Source: Phycisphaerae bacterium
Lineage (GTDB): Bacteria; Planctomycetota; Phycisphaerae; UBA1845; Fen-1342
Direction: 5' to 3'
Assembly (NCBI GenBank): GCA_050115495.1
Contig: JASFQK010000046.1
Coordinates: forward strand, 1-46,389
DNA length: 46,389 nucleotides
Positions 9,103-18,077 of this stretch are shown here, piece by piece (the first letter of the stretch is position 1; the number at the start of each line of letters is the position of its first letter). Both the position numbers and the translations under genes were made by a program. The notes below the pieces were generated by a model. That model saw only the letters and a program-made list of their open reading frames with translations, had not been told where the DNA came from and did not search any database.

Positions 9103-9551
9103 GTTCCGTTCTCCAGGCGGACGGCGGCCCTGGCCAGCGCATCCACGTCGCGCTGGTCGACGACGCCGTCGGCGTTGACGTCCCATTCGCGTCCGGGTGT
9201 CTCGTGAGCTTTGAGTCGGCGGGCGAGGGCGAAGGCGTCGAGGATGGTGACGTCGGCGTGTGATGCCACCGTCGCCAGCGGCTGGGCCGGTTCGTACGCC
9301 ACTCGGCTGGTCGGCTCGGCGAGGACGAAGAACAGGAGGATCGCCGCCGCCGCCCCGGTGATGGGTATCCAGATGCGCAGCAGGCGGCGGGTGCGGAATG
9401 TGCGGAAATGTCGCCGACTGGCGGCGTGTATCGCGTCTTCCACCGCCGGCGGGACGGTGAAGTCCGGCTCGTCGGCTTGTCGCAGCGAGCGGCGCAGTTC
9501 CGGCGGGATGCCGAATTCGGGCTCTGAGGGGTTGTCGCGTTCGTCGATCAT
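9099..9551 (-). CDS. Putative anti-sigma factor with C-terminal dockerin-like domain
   Basis: Short cytoplasmic N-terminus, one TM (IWIPITGAAAAILLFFVLA), then DVTILDAFALAR and WDVNADGVVDQRDVDALA (dockerin F-hand loop-helix repeats). Directly downstream of an ECF sigma. Confidence 0.8.
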   Translation of the reverse strand: MIDERDNPSEPEFGIPPELRRSLRQADEPDFTVPPAVEDAIHAASRRHFRTFRTRRLLRIWIPITGAAAAILLFFVLAEPTSRVAYEPAQPLATVASHADVTILDAFALARRLKAHETPGREWDVNADGVVDQRDVDALARAAVRLENGT

Positions 9552-9624
9552 GGCAGACCTCTGAGAGTGAAGCGCGCGAAACCCGCCATGGGTTCGCGCG
9601 AATTTCGAGAAAAGGGCGGCCGGG

Positions 9625-10161
9625 TCATTCGGCGAAGTACCGCTGCGTTCGCGGGTCTTCGCGGAGACGCTCGATGGCCCCGTGCAGGCGCGATTTGATC
9701 GTGCCGACCGGCGTTTCGAGCGCGGTGGCGATTTCCGTCGGCGTCATGTCGTCCACGAAGCGCATCAGGATGACCTCGCGCTGGGCGTCGGTCAGACCGG
9801 CCAGGAGGGTGGGCAGGTCGTTATCGGCCGGCCCGGGCGGTGCGGCCGTCGCCGGATCGGCGGCACCGGCGCCCGCCTGCCGGTCGCGCTTGCGGCGGTG
9901 GGTGAGGGCGATGTTCCGCACGGCGGGGTAGAGGAACGTGGTGAGGCGAGACGTCAGCCGCAGGCCCGGGAACTTGCCGAGCAGGTACAGGAAGGTCTCC
10001 TGCAGGACGTCGAGGGCGTCGTCGCGGTTGTGCGTGTAGCGGTACGCGACGCGCAGCACCCAGTCGCGGTAACGCAAGTAGAGCGCATCAAAGGCGGACG
10101 CGTCCCCCGCATTGGCGGCGGCCACGAGTTGCCCATCGGATCGTGGTTCACTCGGCGGCAC
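9625..10161 (-). CDS. ECF (sigma-70 group 4) sigma factor
   Basis: Region 2 GDASAFDALYLRY...DALDVLQETFL and region 4 LTDAQREVILMRF...EIATALETPVGTIKSRL. Confidence 0.93.
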   Translation of the reverse strand: MPPSEPRSDGQLVAAANAGDASAFDALYLRYRDWVLRVAYRYTHNRDDALDVLQETFLYLLGKFPGLRLTSRLTTFLYPAVRNIALTHRRKRDRQAGAGAADPATAAPPGPADNDLPTLLAGLTDAQREVILMRFVDDMTPTEIATALETPVGTIKSRLHGAIERLREDPRTQRYFAE

Positions 10162-10907
10162 GGAGTCACGAATCGGTGTATGCGGAGATCAGCCCCTCGC
10201 TGGGACCTTGCGATACAGCGCGTATTCTTAACGCGCCACCGGCCGGCTGTCGTCCCGCGCCGGGTTGGAGACGGCCAGCGGGTCCATGTCGGTCTGCACT
10301 GGTCAACCTGCTGCTGGATTTCTCGTCGATTCTGCAGTTTCAGCTCAATCTGGCGCAGCAGGTGCTGCCAAGCCTGCGCCGAACCGTCCGCGACAGCATC
10401 TCTCGGCAACCCGTGCACGACGGCGAGTTGCCTGCCGAGATCTGCACAGTCCTGCGGGGCTTGGCCGCGCATGTCCCTCCTGGCGGTTCCGGTCACTTTG
10501 GCGAGCTCATTCTTCGTGTCCCCTTTGGGGGTGGGGCGTTTTCCGGCAGCCAGCAGGAGCCGGAGCCCGTCTCGCATTCTCCCGGCACGGAAGGCCGCCC
10601 GAATAGCCTCGCCGAGGAATGTATAATGCTCGATCGACTCATTGGTTGTCAGGGCCAGGCCTCGCTTCGCATGCTTCAACGCGTCATCGAAGCGCTCATC
10701 CAGGAACGCCGCGTGGTAGCGCAGAGACAGCATACGCCGCGTGAGAGTCCGACCCAGTGGATGACCACGTCTTCTGGCCCGGTTCGCGACACGCTCCAGC
10801 AATCGCAGTAGTACCGCGGGCTCATTCCGAAGACCGGACTCCATCATTGTCAGCAGCGCGGCGCTCAGCAGCTCCAGGAGATCTTCGTCAACGCCCTTCT
10901 TCGGCAT
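9954..10907 (-). CDS. Hypothetical helical protein; 3' end uncertain
   Basis: ATG preceded by GGAG. The first about 200 aa look protein-like and helical, but the C-terminus reads out of frame about 200 nt into the sigma gene. Confidence 0.45.
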   Translation of the reverse strand: MPKKGVDEDLLELLSAALLTMMESGLRNEPAVLLRLLERVANRARRRGHPLGRTLTRRMLSLRYHAAFLDERFDDALKHAKRGLALTTNESIEHYTFLGEAIRAAFRAGRMRDGLRLLLAAGKRPTPKGDTKNELAKVTGTARRDMRGQAPQDCADLGRQLAVVHGLPRDAVADGSAQAWQHLLRQIELKLQNRREIQQQVDQCRPTWTRWPSPTRRGTTAGRWRVKNTRCIARSQRGADLRIHRFVTPCRRVNHDPMGNSWPPPMRGTRPPLMRSTCVTATGCCASRTATRTTATTPSTSCRRPSCTCSASSRACG

Positions 10908-11163
10908 CGTGCGACTCCGTTGCGCGATTACTCAACCAGCCGGGCCAGCCTCGGGCCCGACGGGGCGCCGTTCACAATCCCACTCTCCATGCAACGACGC
11001 AATGCCGGAACCCAGCGTAGCAGTCTCGCAGGCCGGGTTCCATATACCGGTGGCAGAGGTTGAAGCAGTTCTGGCGTGTGAGCCTGTCGTCCGCCGAGCG
11101 GGACATCGGTCCCGCCGGCGCCGCCTCTCAGCCGCCAGCGCCATTCGCATCATACATCGCCGT

Positions 11164-11814
11164 TTAGACCGTCGGCTCTTCCCTCTCGTCGCTCGGGGGC
11201 TGACCTGGCACGTCGGCTTCAAGCGGCGTGCCGCACTCCGGGCACCTGCCGCTGGTGTTTCCCGTCAAGTTGTAGCCACAGCGCTCGCAAAACGGATACC
11301 CTCTCCGCCGTCGGCCGCAGGCGAAGAGTAACGCGGTTGGCAACGCGGTCGCTGCCAGCGGAATCCAGTACGGTATGCATACATATCGACCGCGCACTAT
11401 CCCCTGGTAATCACCGTACTGCCCCCACTGCGGTACGATAGCACTCGACGTGCGCAGGTTGTGGGGCACAAGCCCTGCCCTAAGAGCACTTCGCATGCCA
11501 TCGGGCCGTATGCCACCTTCGGACTCGGGACGCCACTCGCAGATCCGCAGCCCGCCTCCATACGACGACACGGAGACGTCACACTCCACGATACCACAGC
11601 CTACGTAGAAGACGATGCTCGAAGCGAGTGCGGCGGCAATCAACGTGCAAAGGGCGACGCCCACCCATTTCGCCCAATCCAATACTCGCAGCCTCCGCGC
11701 ATCCGCATATTGCTGCGAGCACGCGGCGCCGACTCTGTAACTTGCCACAGCCACACCTTCGCGAACCGCCTGCCGGCGCGCTTGGCCGAGGTGCCAGGCG
11801 GGTCTACGCCTCAA
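11164..11814 (-). CDS. Membrane protein with C-terminal zinc ribbon
   Basis: TM KWVGVALCTLIAAALASS, second TM IPYWIPLAATALPTALLF, then CERCGYNLTGNTSGRCPECG. The true start is probably downstream of 11814. Confidence 0.75.
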   Translation of the reverse strand: MRRRPAWHLGQARRQAVREGVAVASYRVGAACSQQYADARRLRVLDWAKWVGVALCTLIAAALASSIVFYVGCGIVECDVSVSSYGGGLRICEWRPESEGGIRPDGMRSALRAGLVPHNLRTSSAIVPQWGQYGDYQGIVRGRYVCIPYWIPLAATALPTALLFACGRRRRGYPFCERCGYNLTGNTSGRCPECGTPLEADVPGQPPSDEREEPTV

Positions 11815-12006
11815 TACTGCCTGGCCGGCAGAGGGTCAGACCTCTGCGGATTGCCATCCGGCACCAGCCGGGGCCCTCTCGGCCATGCCGTTGTACGCCC
11901 CGTTTCTCCAGCTCCTGCACTGAGCAGGACCCCTGCATTGTTGCATGCACTGATCGCGGAGCAAGTGCGGGGACTCTCGCGGCGGGAGCGGTTTCGGTGA
12001 GGGGCG

Positions 12007-12031
12007 GGAACTATCGGGGGCCGGCGGCGTC
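12007..12031 (+). promoter_or_regulatory. Candidate ECF-type promoter
   Basis: GGAAC-N16-CGTC about 70 nt upstream of ATG 12102. Confidence 0.5.
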
Positions 12032-12101
12032 CAATATGCTTAATGAGTCCTGCGGGCCGGGCGGGGTCGCTCGGCGTCTGATCTTCAAAGGAGACCTCCT
12101 C

Positions 12102-14141
12102 ATGTACCGCTTCCTCATCGCCTGCGGACTGCTCGCGGTGCTGGCCTGCCCGCTGATGGCGGACCAGACGGCCGATCTGAACGTCACCCGCGTCGCCCTC
12201 TTCTCCAGCGGCGTGGGCTACTTCGAGTGCGACGCCGACGTGGCCGGCGATGTCAGCGCCGAACTCGCCTTCCGCACCGACCAAATCAACGACATCCTTA
12301 AGTCGCTGGTGGTGCAGGACTTCGGCGGCGGCAACATCGGCGTGGTCAGCTACGCCTCGCGCGATCCGATCGAGAAGACGCTGCGCAGCTTCGGCGTCGA
12401 CATCACCGGCCGGCCGTCGCTGGGCGAGCTGCTCGACCAGTTGCGCGGCGAGCCGGTCGAGGTCCACGGACCGCAGAAGCTCTCCGGCGTGATCGTCGGC
12501 GTCGAGAAGCAGCGCGAGGTCGTGGACAACACGGTGCTCGAACACGACGTGCTGAACCTGCTCACCGCCGAAGGGCTGCGGCAATTGCGCGTGGCGGAGC
12601 TGGGCGGCATCACGCTGACGAACGAGAAGGTGGATAACGAATTGCGGCGGGCGCTGGCCACGCTGGCCACGGCCCACGACGCCGACAAGAAGACGGTTCT
12701 GCTGCGCTTCAACGGTACGGGGCCGCGGAAGGTGCGGGCGGCGTACCTGCTGGAGGCGCCGATCTGGAAGACGAGCTACCGGCTGGTGCTGACGGATGAG
12801 AACAAGCCGTTTCTCCAGGGCTGGGCCACGGTGGAGAACGCGACCGAGGAGGATTGGGACAACGTGCATCTGTCGCTCGTTTCCGGGCGGCCGATCTCGT
12901 TCCGCATGGATCTGTACACGCCGATCTACATCCCGCGGCCGATCGAGCAGCTCGAGCTGTACGCCTCGCTGCGGCCGCCGGAGTACGAGGCCGGTTTCGA
13001 GAACAAGTCGATGGCTGCCGACCAGGACGGGCGGATGCGCCGCGTCGGTGGGCGGGGCGGGGCGATGGCGCTGGGTGGTGTGGCGGCGGCTCGGCCGGCG
13101 GCGCCGCAGGAAGCCTGGGCCGAGCGAGAGGAGTCGCTGAGCCTGGAAGGTGCCGGCGTGGCCTCGGTGGCCACGGCGCAGGAGGCCGGCGAGCTGTTCG
13201 AGTACACGATCAAAACGCCGGTTTCGATCCCCCGGCAGCACTCGGCGATGCTGCCGATCGTCAACGAGGAGATCGAGGGCCGGAAGGTCAGCATCTACAA
13301 CCCGCAGATGCATGCGCGGCACCCGCTCAACGGGCTCGAAATCACGAACGCCACCGGCCTGAACCTGATGCAGGGGCCGGTGACGCTGTTCGATGGCGAC
13401 ATCTACGCCGGCGACGCCAAGCTGCCCGACCTGAAGCCCGGGGAGAAGCGGCTGATTGCCTACGCCCTGGACCTGGGCACCGAGGTGATGGTCAAGCAGC
13501 AGCCGCAGCCGGACCAGCTCGTGAGCCTGCGCATCGCCAAGGGGATGCTCTGGCATCGGCACAAGTACGTGGACGAGCGCCAGTACGAGATCAAGAACAA
13601 GATGGACCGGGCGCGGTCCGTGCTGCTGGAGCAGGCCTACAGCGACGACTGGACGCTGCTCGAGCCGGCCGAGCCGTACGAGCGGACGCCGAACCTGCTG
13701 CGGTTCCAGGTGGAAGTGCCGGCCAGCGAGACGGCGACGTACAAGGTGAAGCTCGAACGGGTGGCGTCGCAGTCGCTACGTCTGGAGCGGTCGGGGCTGG
13801 ACGACATCCGGTTCTACCTGCGGTCGCGGGTGATCTCGCCGGCCGTCAAGGAAGCATTGGAGCGGATCATCGCCATGCGGACGGAGCTGGACCAGTTGGC
13901 CCGCGCACGAGAGAACCTCGAGCGCAGCGTGAACGAGACGGTGGAGGAGCAGGCCCGCGTGCGGGAGAACCTGAAGACCCTGCCGCAGAACACGGACAGC
14001 TACGCCGCCCAGATCAAGAAGTTTGACGAATTGGAAAGGCAGATCGGCGACCTGCGCGGGAAGATCGACGAAGCCCGCGCGGCTGAAGAGCAGCAACAGC
14101 AGACGCTGGAGGCGTATTTGCTGTCGCTGGAGATAGAGTGA
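12102..14141 (+). CDS. Secreted DUF4139-like protein
   Basis: Signal peptide, RVALFSSGVGYF, INDILKSLVV, APIWKTSYRL, LQGWATVEN.T.EDW.NVHLSLVSGRPISF, C-terminal coiled coil. AAGGAG RBS. Confidence 0.8.
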   Translation: MYRFLIACGLLAVLACPLMADQTADLNVTRVALFSSGVGYFECDADVAGDVSAELAFRTDQINDILKSLVVQDFGGGNIGVVSYASRDPIEKTLRSFGVDITGRPSLGELLDQLRGEPVEVHGPQKLSGVIVGVEKQREVVDNTVLEHDVLNLLTAEGLRQLRVAELGGITLTNEKVDNELRRALATLATAHDADKKTVLLRFNGTGPRKVRAAYLLEAPIWKTSYRLVLTDENKPFLQGWATVENATEEDWDNVHLSLVSGRPISFRMDLYTPIYIPRPIEQLELYASLRPPEYEAGFENKSMAADQDGRMRRVGGRGGAMALGGVAAARPAAPQEAWAEREESLSLEGAGVASVATAQEAGELFEYTIKTPVSIPRQHSAMLPIVNEEIEGRKVSIYNPQMHARHPLNGLEITNATGLNLMQGPVTLFDGDIYAGDAKLPDLKPGEKRLIAYALDLGTEVMVKQQPQPDQLVSLRIAKGMLWHRHKYVDERQYEIKNKMDRARSVLLEQAYSDDWTLLEPAEPYERTPNLLRFQVEVPASETATYKVKLERVASQSLRLERSGLDDIRFYLRSRVISPAVKEALERIIAMRTELDQLARARENLERSVNETVEEQARVRENLKTLPQNTDSYAAQIKKFDELERQIGDLRGKIDEARAAEEQQQQTLEAYLLSLEIE

Positions 14142-14149
14142 GAAGAAGA

Positions 14150-14430
14150 AGTCAGGAGTCAGGAGTCAGGAGTCAGAAGACAGAAGTTGCGAGAGCGGGT
14201 GCGTGTTGGCGAGCGGCGCGAGGGGCGCCGCTTGTCCGAGCCCCGAGCGGCAGCGACGGGTGAGGTGTGTCAATCCCTGTCTGAGCCCCGAGCGGTAGCG
14301 AGTGGGAGGAAGTCAGAGGTTGCGAGTTCGGGGGGGGGATCGGTGATCGCCGGCCGACACGGAGGTCGGCCGCTACGGGTGTGGCATGCTGAAGCCTTGG
14401 GCGCCGGCATGTCTTCGTTTGGCGTCATGA
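14150..14430. repeat. Intergenic repeat cluster (heptamer tandem plus several REP-like units)
   Basis: (agtcagg)x3 then agtcaga/agacaga; two gagccccgagcgg units; a GTAG-type palindrome at about 14351-14376; 14379-14416 is an inverted near-copy of 38508-38545. Confidence 0.8.
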
Positions 14431-14481
14431 AGGACATGCCCGCGTGAACCAGGGCCTTTGCAGCCCACCCGATTGAGCGGT

Positions 14482-15516
14482 TCACTCGGCCGACGCGCGA
14501 AGCTTCTGAAGCAGTTGCCTGGCCAGTCGCTGCATGTCTTCAACGGTGTCCGTCTCGTCGACGATCTCCAAGCCCAGCAGCGTCTCAACCACGTCTTCAA
14601 ACGTGACGATGCCCGCGCTGCCACCATACTCGTCGACTGCCAGGAACAAGTGTTCGCGCCGATGAACGAAGTCCTTCAGCACTTGTGGCAACCTGGCCAC
14701 CGACGGCACGGCGTGCAGCGGACGTGCCAGCTCTCCGAGCGTTGCCTCCATCCTTCCTTTGCAGAACGCCTGAAACAGATCCCGCCGATGGACGACTCCT
14801 TGCGGATCGTCGAGCGATGTGCCGATAATCGGAACTCGAGCGAACCGCGGTGGCCCCCCAGCAGTGGCCTCCCTGACGGTCTGGTCTGCCGGGAGCGCAA
14901 AGACAACTGTTCTGGGGGTCATGATCTCCTCGACGGTGACTTCACGGAATGCGAGGAGATTCCGGAGTAGCGTGGCCTCAGCGTGATCGATCGCGCCCTC
15001 AGCCAGAGCCATGTGAGCGAGGCCGCGGACTTCGTCGCGGCTCAAGGCGGGTCCAACCCGCTTGCGACCCGACAGGAGCTGGGCGATCCAGGTGCATACC
15101 ACAACGACTGGCCGCAGGACGATAATCATGCCCTGAATCACCCACGCGGCGAATGGGGCCACACGCTTGGCGTGAACTGCGCCCAGGGTCTTGGGGATGA
15201 TCTCTGAGAAGACCAAGACGAGCAGGGTCACCACGAAGCTGACCAGGCCCACCCATGCCTCTCCCCACAGGCGCGCCGCTTCCGCGCCGACGCCCGCTGC
15301 TCCGAGTGTGTGCGCGAAGGTGTTCAGCGTCAGGATGGCGGCCAGTGGTTGGTCCACATCGTCCTTCATGCGCTGAAGCCGCATTCCGGCAACGCTCTTC
15401 TGCTCGACCAGCGCCGCAACAAATGGCCGCGGAACACTCAGCAGCACAGCCTCCATGAGAGAGCAGAGAGAAGACACGACGAGCGCCAGCAGCAGGTAGG
15501 CGGTTAGCAGAATCAT
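14482..15516 (-). CDS. CNNM (DUF21) + CBS-pair membrane protein
   Basis: SLCSLMEAVLLSV, LAAILTLNTFAHTLGAAGVG, FSEIIPKTLG, IMTPRTVV, AVDEYGGSAGIVTFEDVVETLLGLEIVDETD. Confidence 0.92.
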   Translation of the reverse strand: MILLTAYLLLALVVSSLCSLMEAVLLSVPRPFVAALVEQKSVAGMRLQRMKDDVDQPLAAILTLNTFAHTLGAAGVGAEAARLWGEAWVGLVSFVVTLLVLVFSEIIPKTLGAVHAKRVAPFAAWVIQGMIIVLRPVVVVCTWIAQLLSGRKRVGPALSRDEVRGLAHMALAEGAIDHAEATLLRNLLAFREVTVEEIMTPRTVVFALPADQTVREATAGGPPRFARVPIIGTSLDDPQGVVHRRDLFQAFCKGRMEATLGELARPLHAVPSVARLPQVLKDFVHRREHLFLAVDEYGGSAGIVTFEDVVETLLGLEIVDETDTVEDMQRLARQLLQKLRASAE

Positions 15517-15801
15517 GTGAGAGGGTTCCCTATCGATCTGGCAAACGTGGAGCAACGCCGTCGTGCCGGGGCCCGTTGCAGGTCTTCTCGTTTTCCCGTC
15601 TCTTCGCGGGGCCGGAAGCAGCAAGCGGGACAAGCGCGGTCATGGCTTTCTGCGACCCGGCTGCCGGGCACGTCCTTGGGATCGTAACCGCGTTCGCTCC
15701 CGATGTGGAGGAGGCCAGGCTCGGTCGCACGGGCTGAGGGTGACCCGGGGGCCGGCGCGGATCGGCTTTACGGCGGCGGGGGGACGGGGGATACTGGCGG
15801 T

Positions 15802-16215
15802 ATGGCTAGGCAGCGGACACTTCTGGAACGACTGCGGAACCCGGAGCCGGCGGGTGAACGGCAGTCGCGCGTCTCGATCACCGAAGTGCAGAACTCGATT
15901 CTGATGAACCTGCAATGCCTGCTGAACACGTGCCGGGGCAACTGCCTGACGGACCCGGATTACGGCTTGCCGCACCTGACCGCCGTCCGCAGCCAGATGC
16001 CGGACTCGATCCGGGGGCTGGAGGCGGCGATCCGGGCGTCGATCGAACGGCACGAGCCGCGGCTGTCGAGCGTGCGGGTCCGACACAAGCCGCACCGGGA
16101 CGACGGCCTGGAGCTGCGCTTCGAGATCTCGGGGACGGTCGTGGACGAGGACGAGCGCCTGGCGGTGCGGTTCGAGACGTTTGCCGACGATGAAGGGCGG
16201 TTGATCGTGCGTTGA
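15802..16215 (+). CDS. tssE: T6SS baseplate subunit TssE (gp25-like)
   Basis: TLLERL...SILMNLQCLLNT.RG...PDYGLP...IERHEPRL..VRV; lies upstream of tssF and tssG. Confidence 0.9.
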   Translation: MARQRTLLERLRNPEPAGERQSRVSITEVQNSILMNLQCLLNTCRGNCLTDPDYGLPHLTAVRSQMPDSIRGLEAAIRASIERHEPRLSSVRVRHKPHRDDGLELRFEISGTVVDEDERLAVRFETFADDEGRLIVR

Positions 16216-16319
16216 ACGCGGCCGGGGGGAGTCCGGGGGGTGGGCGGCGAGCAGGGCTTGGGGTAGACTGACCGCGGTTCGAGTCGGTGGCTGCGGTCAG
16301 TTTCGGCGTCCAGAGTCTC

Positions 16320-18077
16320 ATGTACAACACGTATTACCAGGAAGAGCTGACCTTTCTGCGCGAGATGGGGCGCGAGTTCGCCGCTGCGCATCCGAAGGTC
16401 GCCCACATGCTCGAGTCGGCGGGATCGGACCCCGACGTCGAGCGGCTGTTGCAGGGCGTGGCCTTTCTCACCGGGCGCGTCCGGCAGAAGGTCGACGACG
16501 AGCTGCCCGAGCTGTTCCAGGCGATGATGTCGCTGATGTGGCCGCACTACCTGCGGCCCGTGCCGTCGACCGGCATCCTGGCGTTCGCCCCGATCGTCGA
16601 GCAGCTCAGCGGGCTGATCACCGTGCCGCGCGGAACGGAGGTGGAGTCGATCCCGGTGGATGGGACCGCCTGCCGGTTCCGCACGTGTTTCGACGTTGAG
16701 CTGGCCCCGCTGGAGCTGGAGCGGGCCGAGCTGGAACTGCCGATGGGGTCCGACGCCCGTCTGCGGCTGGTGTTGCGGGCCGCCGGCAAGGTGCCGTTGG
16801 AACGGATGATGCTGCGGTCGCTGCGCTTCTTCCTGGCCGGCGACCCGGTGCAGGCCAGCAACCTGTACCTCTGGCTGATGCGCTACGGCCGGTACATCGA
16901 GCTGCGCAACCCGGCCTCCGAACGGTCCATCCGGGTGTCGGCCAGCAACATGCGGGCCGGCGGCTTCCGCGAGCAGGAAGCCATCCTGCCCTACGCCCCG
17001 CACTCCTTCGTGGGCTACCGGCTGCTCCAGGAATACTTCACGTGTCCCGCGAAGTTCCTGTTCATCGACTTCCAGGGGCTGGGGCAACTGGCCACGCTGG
17101 GGCTGACGGACCGCTTCGAGATCCTCGTCCCCTTCAGCCGCCGGCCGGAAGACACGCTGCGCGTCGATCGCGATTCGCTGCGGCTGTTCTGCACGCCGAT
17201 CGTGAACCTGTTCGCGCACACGGCGGACGGGATTCGGGTCGATCATCGGCGGACGCAGTACCGGGTGCGGCCGTCATCCGGGGGCCGCCCGCCGGAGCAT
17301 TACGAGATTTACTCGATCGATCGCGTGGTGGGGCTGGTGCAGGGCGAGGCCGAGCGGCGCGTCTATCCGCCGTTGCAGGCGTTTCAGCACGCGGTGGGCG
17401 ACACGCGTGGTGGGATTTACCACCAGACGCGGCTGCTGGACGCCGTTGCCGGCGAGGGGACGGACACGTACGTCTCCTTCGTGTCGGCGGAGGAGAAGCT
17501 GGTGGTGCCGCCGACCGAGACGATCTCGATCGACCTGACGGCGAGCAACCGCAATCTGGCGTCACGGCTGAAGGTGGGGGACGTGCGGGTGGCGACGGCG
17601 ACGTCGCCGGAGTTCGCCCGGTTTCGGAACATCACGCCGATCAGCCGGTCGCTGCGACCGCCGTTGGGGCGGGGTCTGCACTGGCGGCTGATTTCGCATC
17701 TGTCGCTGAACTACCTGTCGCTGCGTTCGGTGGAGGCGCTGCGGGGGATCCTGGAGCTGTACAACTACCAGGCGCTGTACGACCGACAGGCGGCGCGGGA
17801 GAACGTGCTGCGGCTGGAGGGGCTGGTGTCGCTGGAGGCGCGGCCGGTGGAGCGCCTGATCCGCGGGGCGCCGGTGCGGGGCATGCAGATCAGTATGGAA
17901 ATGAACGAGGACAACTTCGCGGGCGAAGGCGACATGTACGTCTTCGCGACCGTGCTGAACGAGTTCTTCGCCCTGTACTCGTCCATGAACTCCTTCACAG
18001 AGTTGCACGTGCGCGGCACGCGCTACGGAGAGGTGCACCAGTGGCCGCCCCGGCTTGGTCAGCAGAGCATCCTCTGA
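16320..18077 (+). CDS. tssF: T6SS baseplate subunit TssF
   Basis: YYQEELTFLREMGREFA..HP, DPDVERLLQGVAFL, GYRLLQEYF, LFCTPIVNLF, WRLISHLSLNYLSL, FFALYSSMNSF. Confidence 0.95.
   Translation: MYNTYYQEELTFLREMGREFAAAHPKVAHMLESAGSDPDVERLLQGVAFLTGRVRQKVDDELPELFQAMMSLMWPHYLRPVPSTGILAFAPIVEQLSGLITVPRGTEVESIPVDGTACRFRTCFDVELAPLELERAELELPMGSDARLRLVLRAAGKVPLERMMLRSLRFFLAGDPVQASNLYLWLMRYGRYIELRNPASERSIRVSASNMRAGGFREQEAILPYAPHSFVGYRLLQEYFTCPAKFLFIDFQGLGQLATLGLTDRFEILVPFSRRPEDTLRVDRDSLRLFCTPIVNLFAHTADGIRVDHRRTQYRVRPSSGGRPPEHYEIYSIDRVVGLVQGEAERRVYPPLQAFQHAVGDTRGGIYHQTRLLDAVAGEGTDTYVSFVSAEEKLVVPPTETISIDLTASNRNLASRLKVGDVRVATATSPEFARFRNITPISRSLRPPLGRGLHWRLISHLSLNYLSLRSVEALRGILELYNYQALYDRQAARENVLRLEGLVSLEARPVERLIRGAPVRGMQISMEMNEDNFAGEGDMYVFATVLNEFFALYSSMNSFTELHVRGTRYGEVHQWPPRLGQQSIL

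Noticed and set aside
8615..9142. N-terminal extension of the 862-aa vWA ORF
   Set aside because: R/P-rich off-frame reading of the cohesin-like gene; the signal peptide begins at GTG 8614.
14150..14430. Repeat cluster as a CRISPR array
   Set aside because: No constant repeat with regular unique spacers, and no cas genes in the window. The same applies to 38010-38690.
17042..18040. 674-aa TssG with a long N-terminal extension
   Set aside because: The extension is an off-frame overlap of tssF; TssG motifs begin after 18041.
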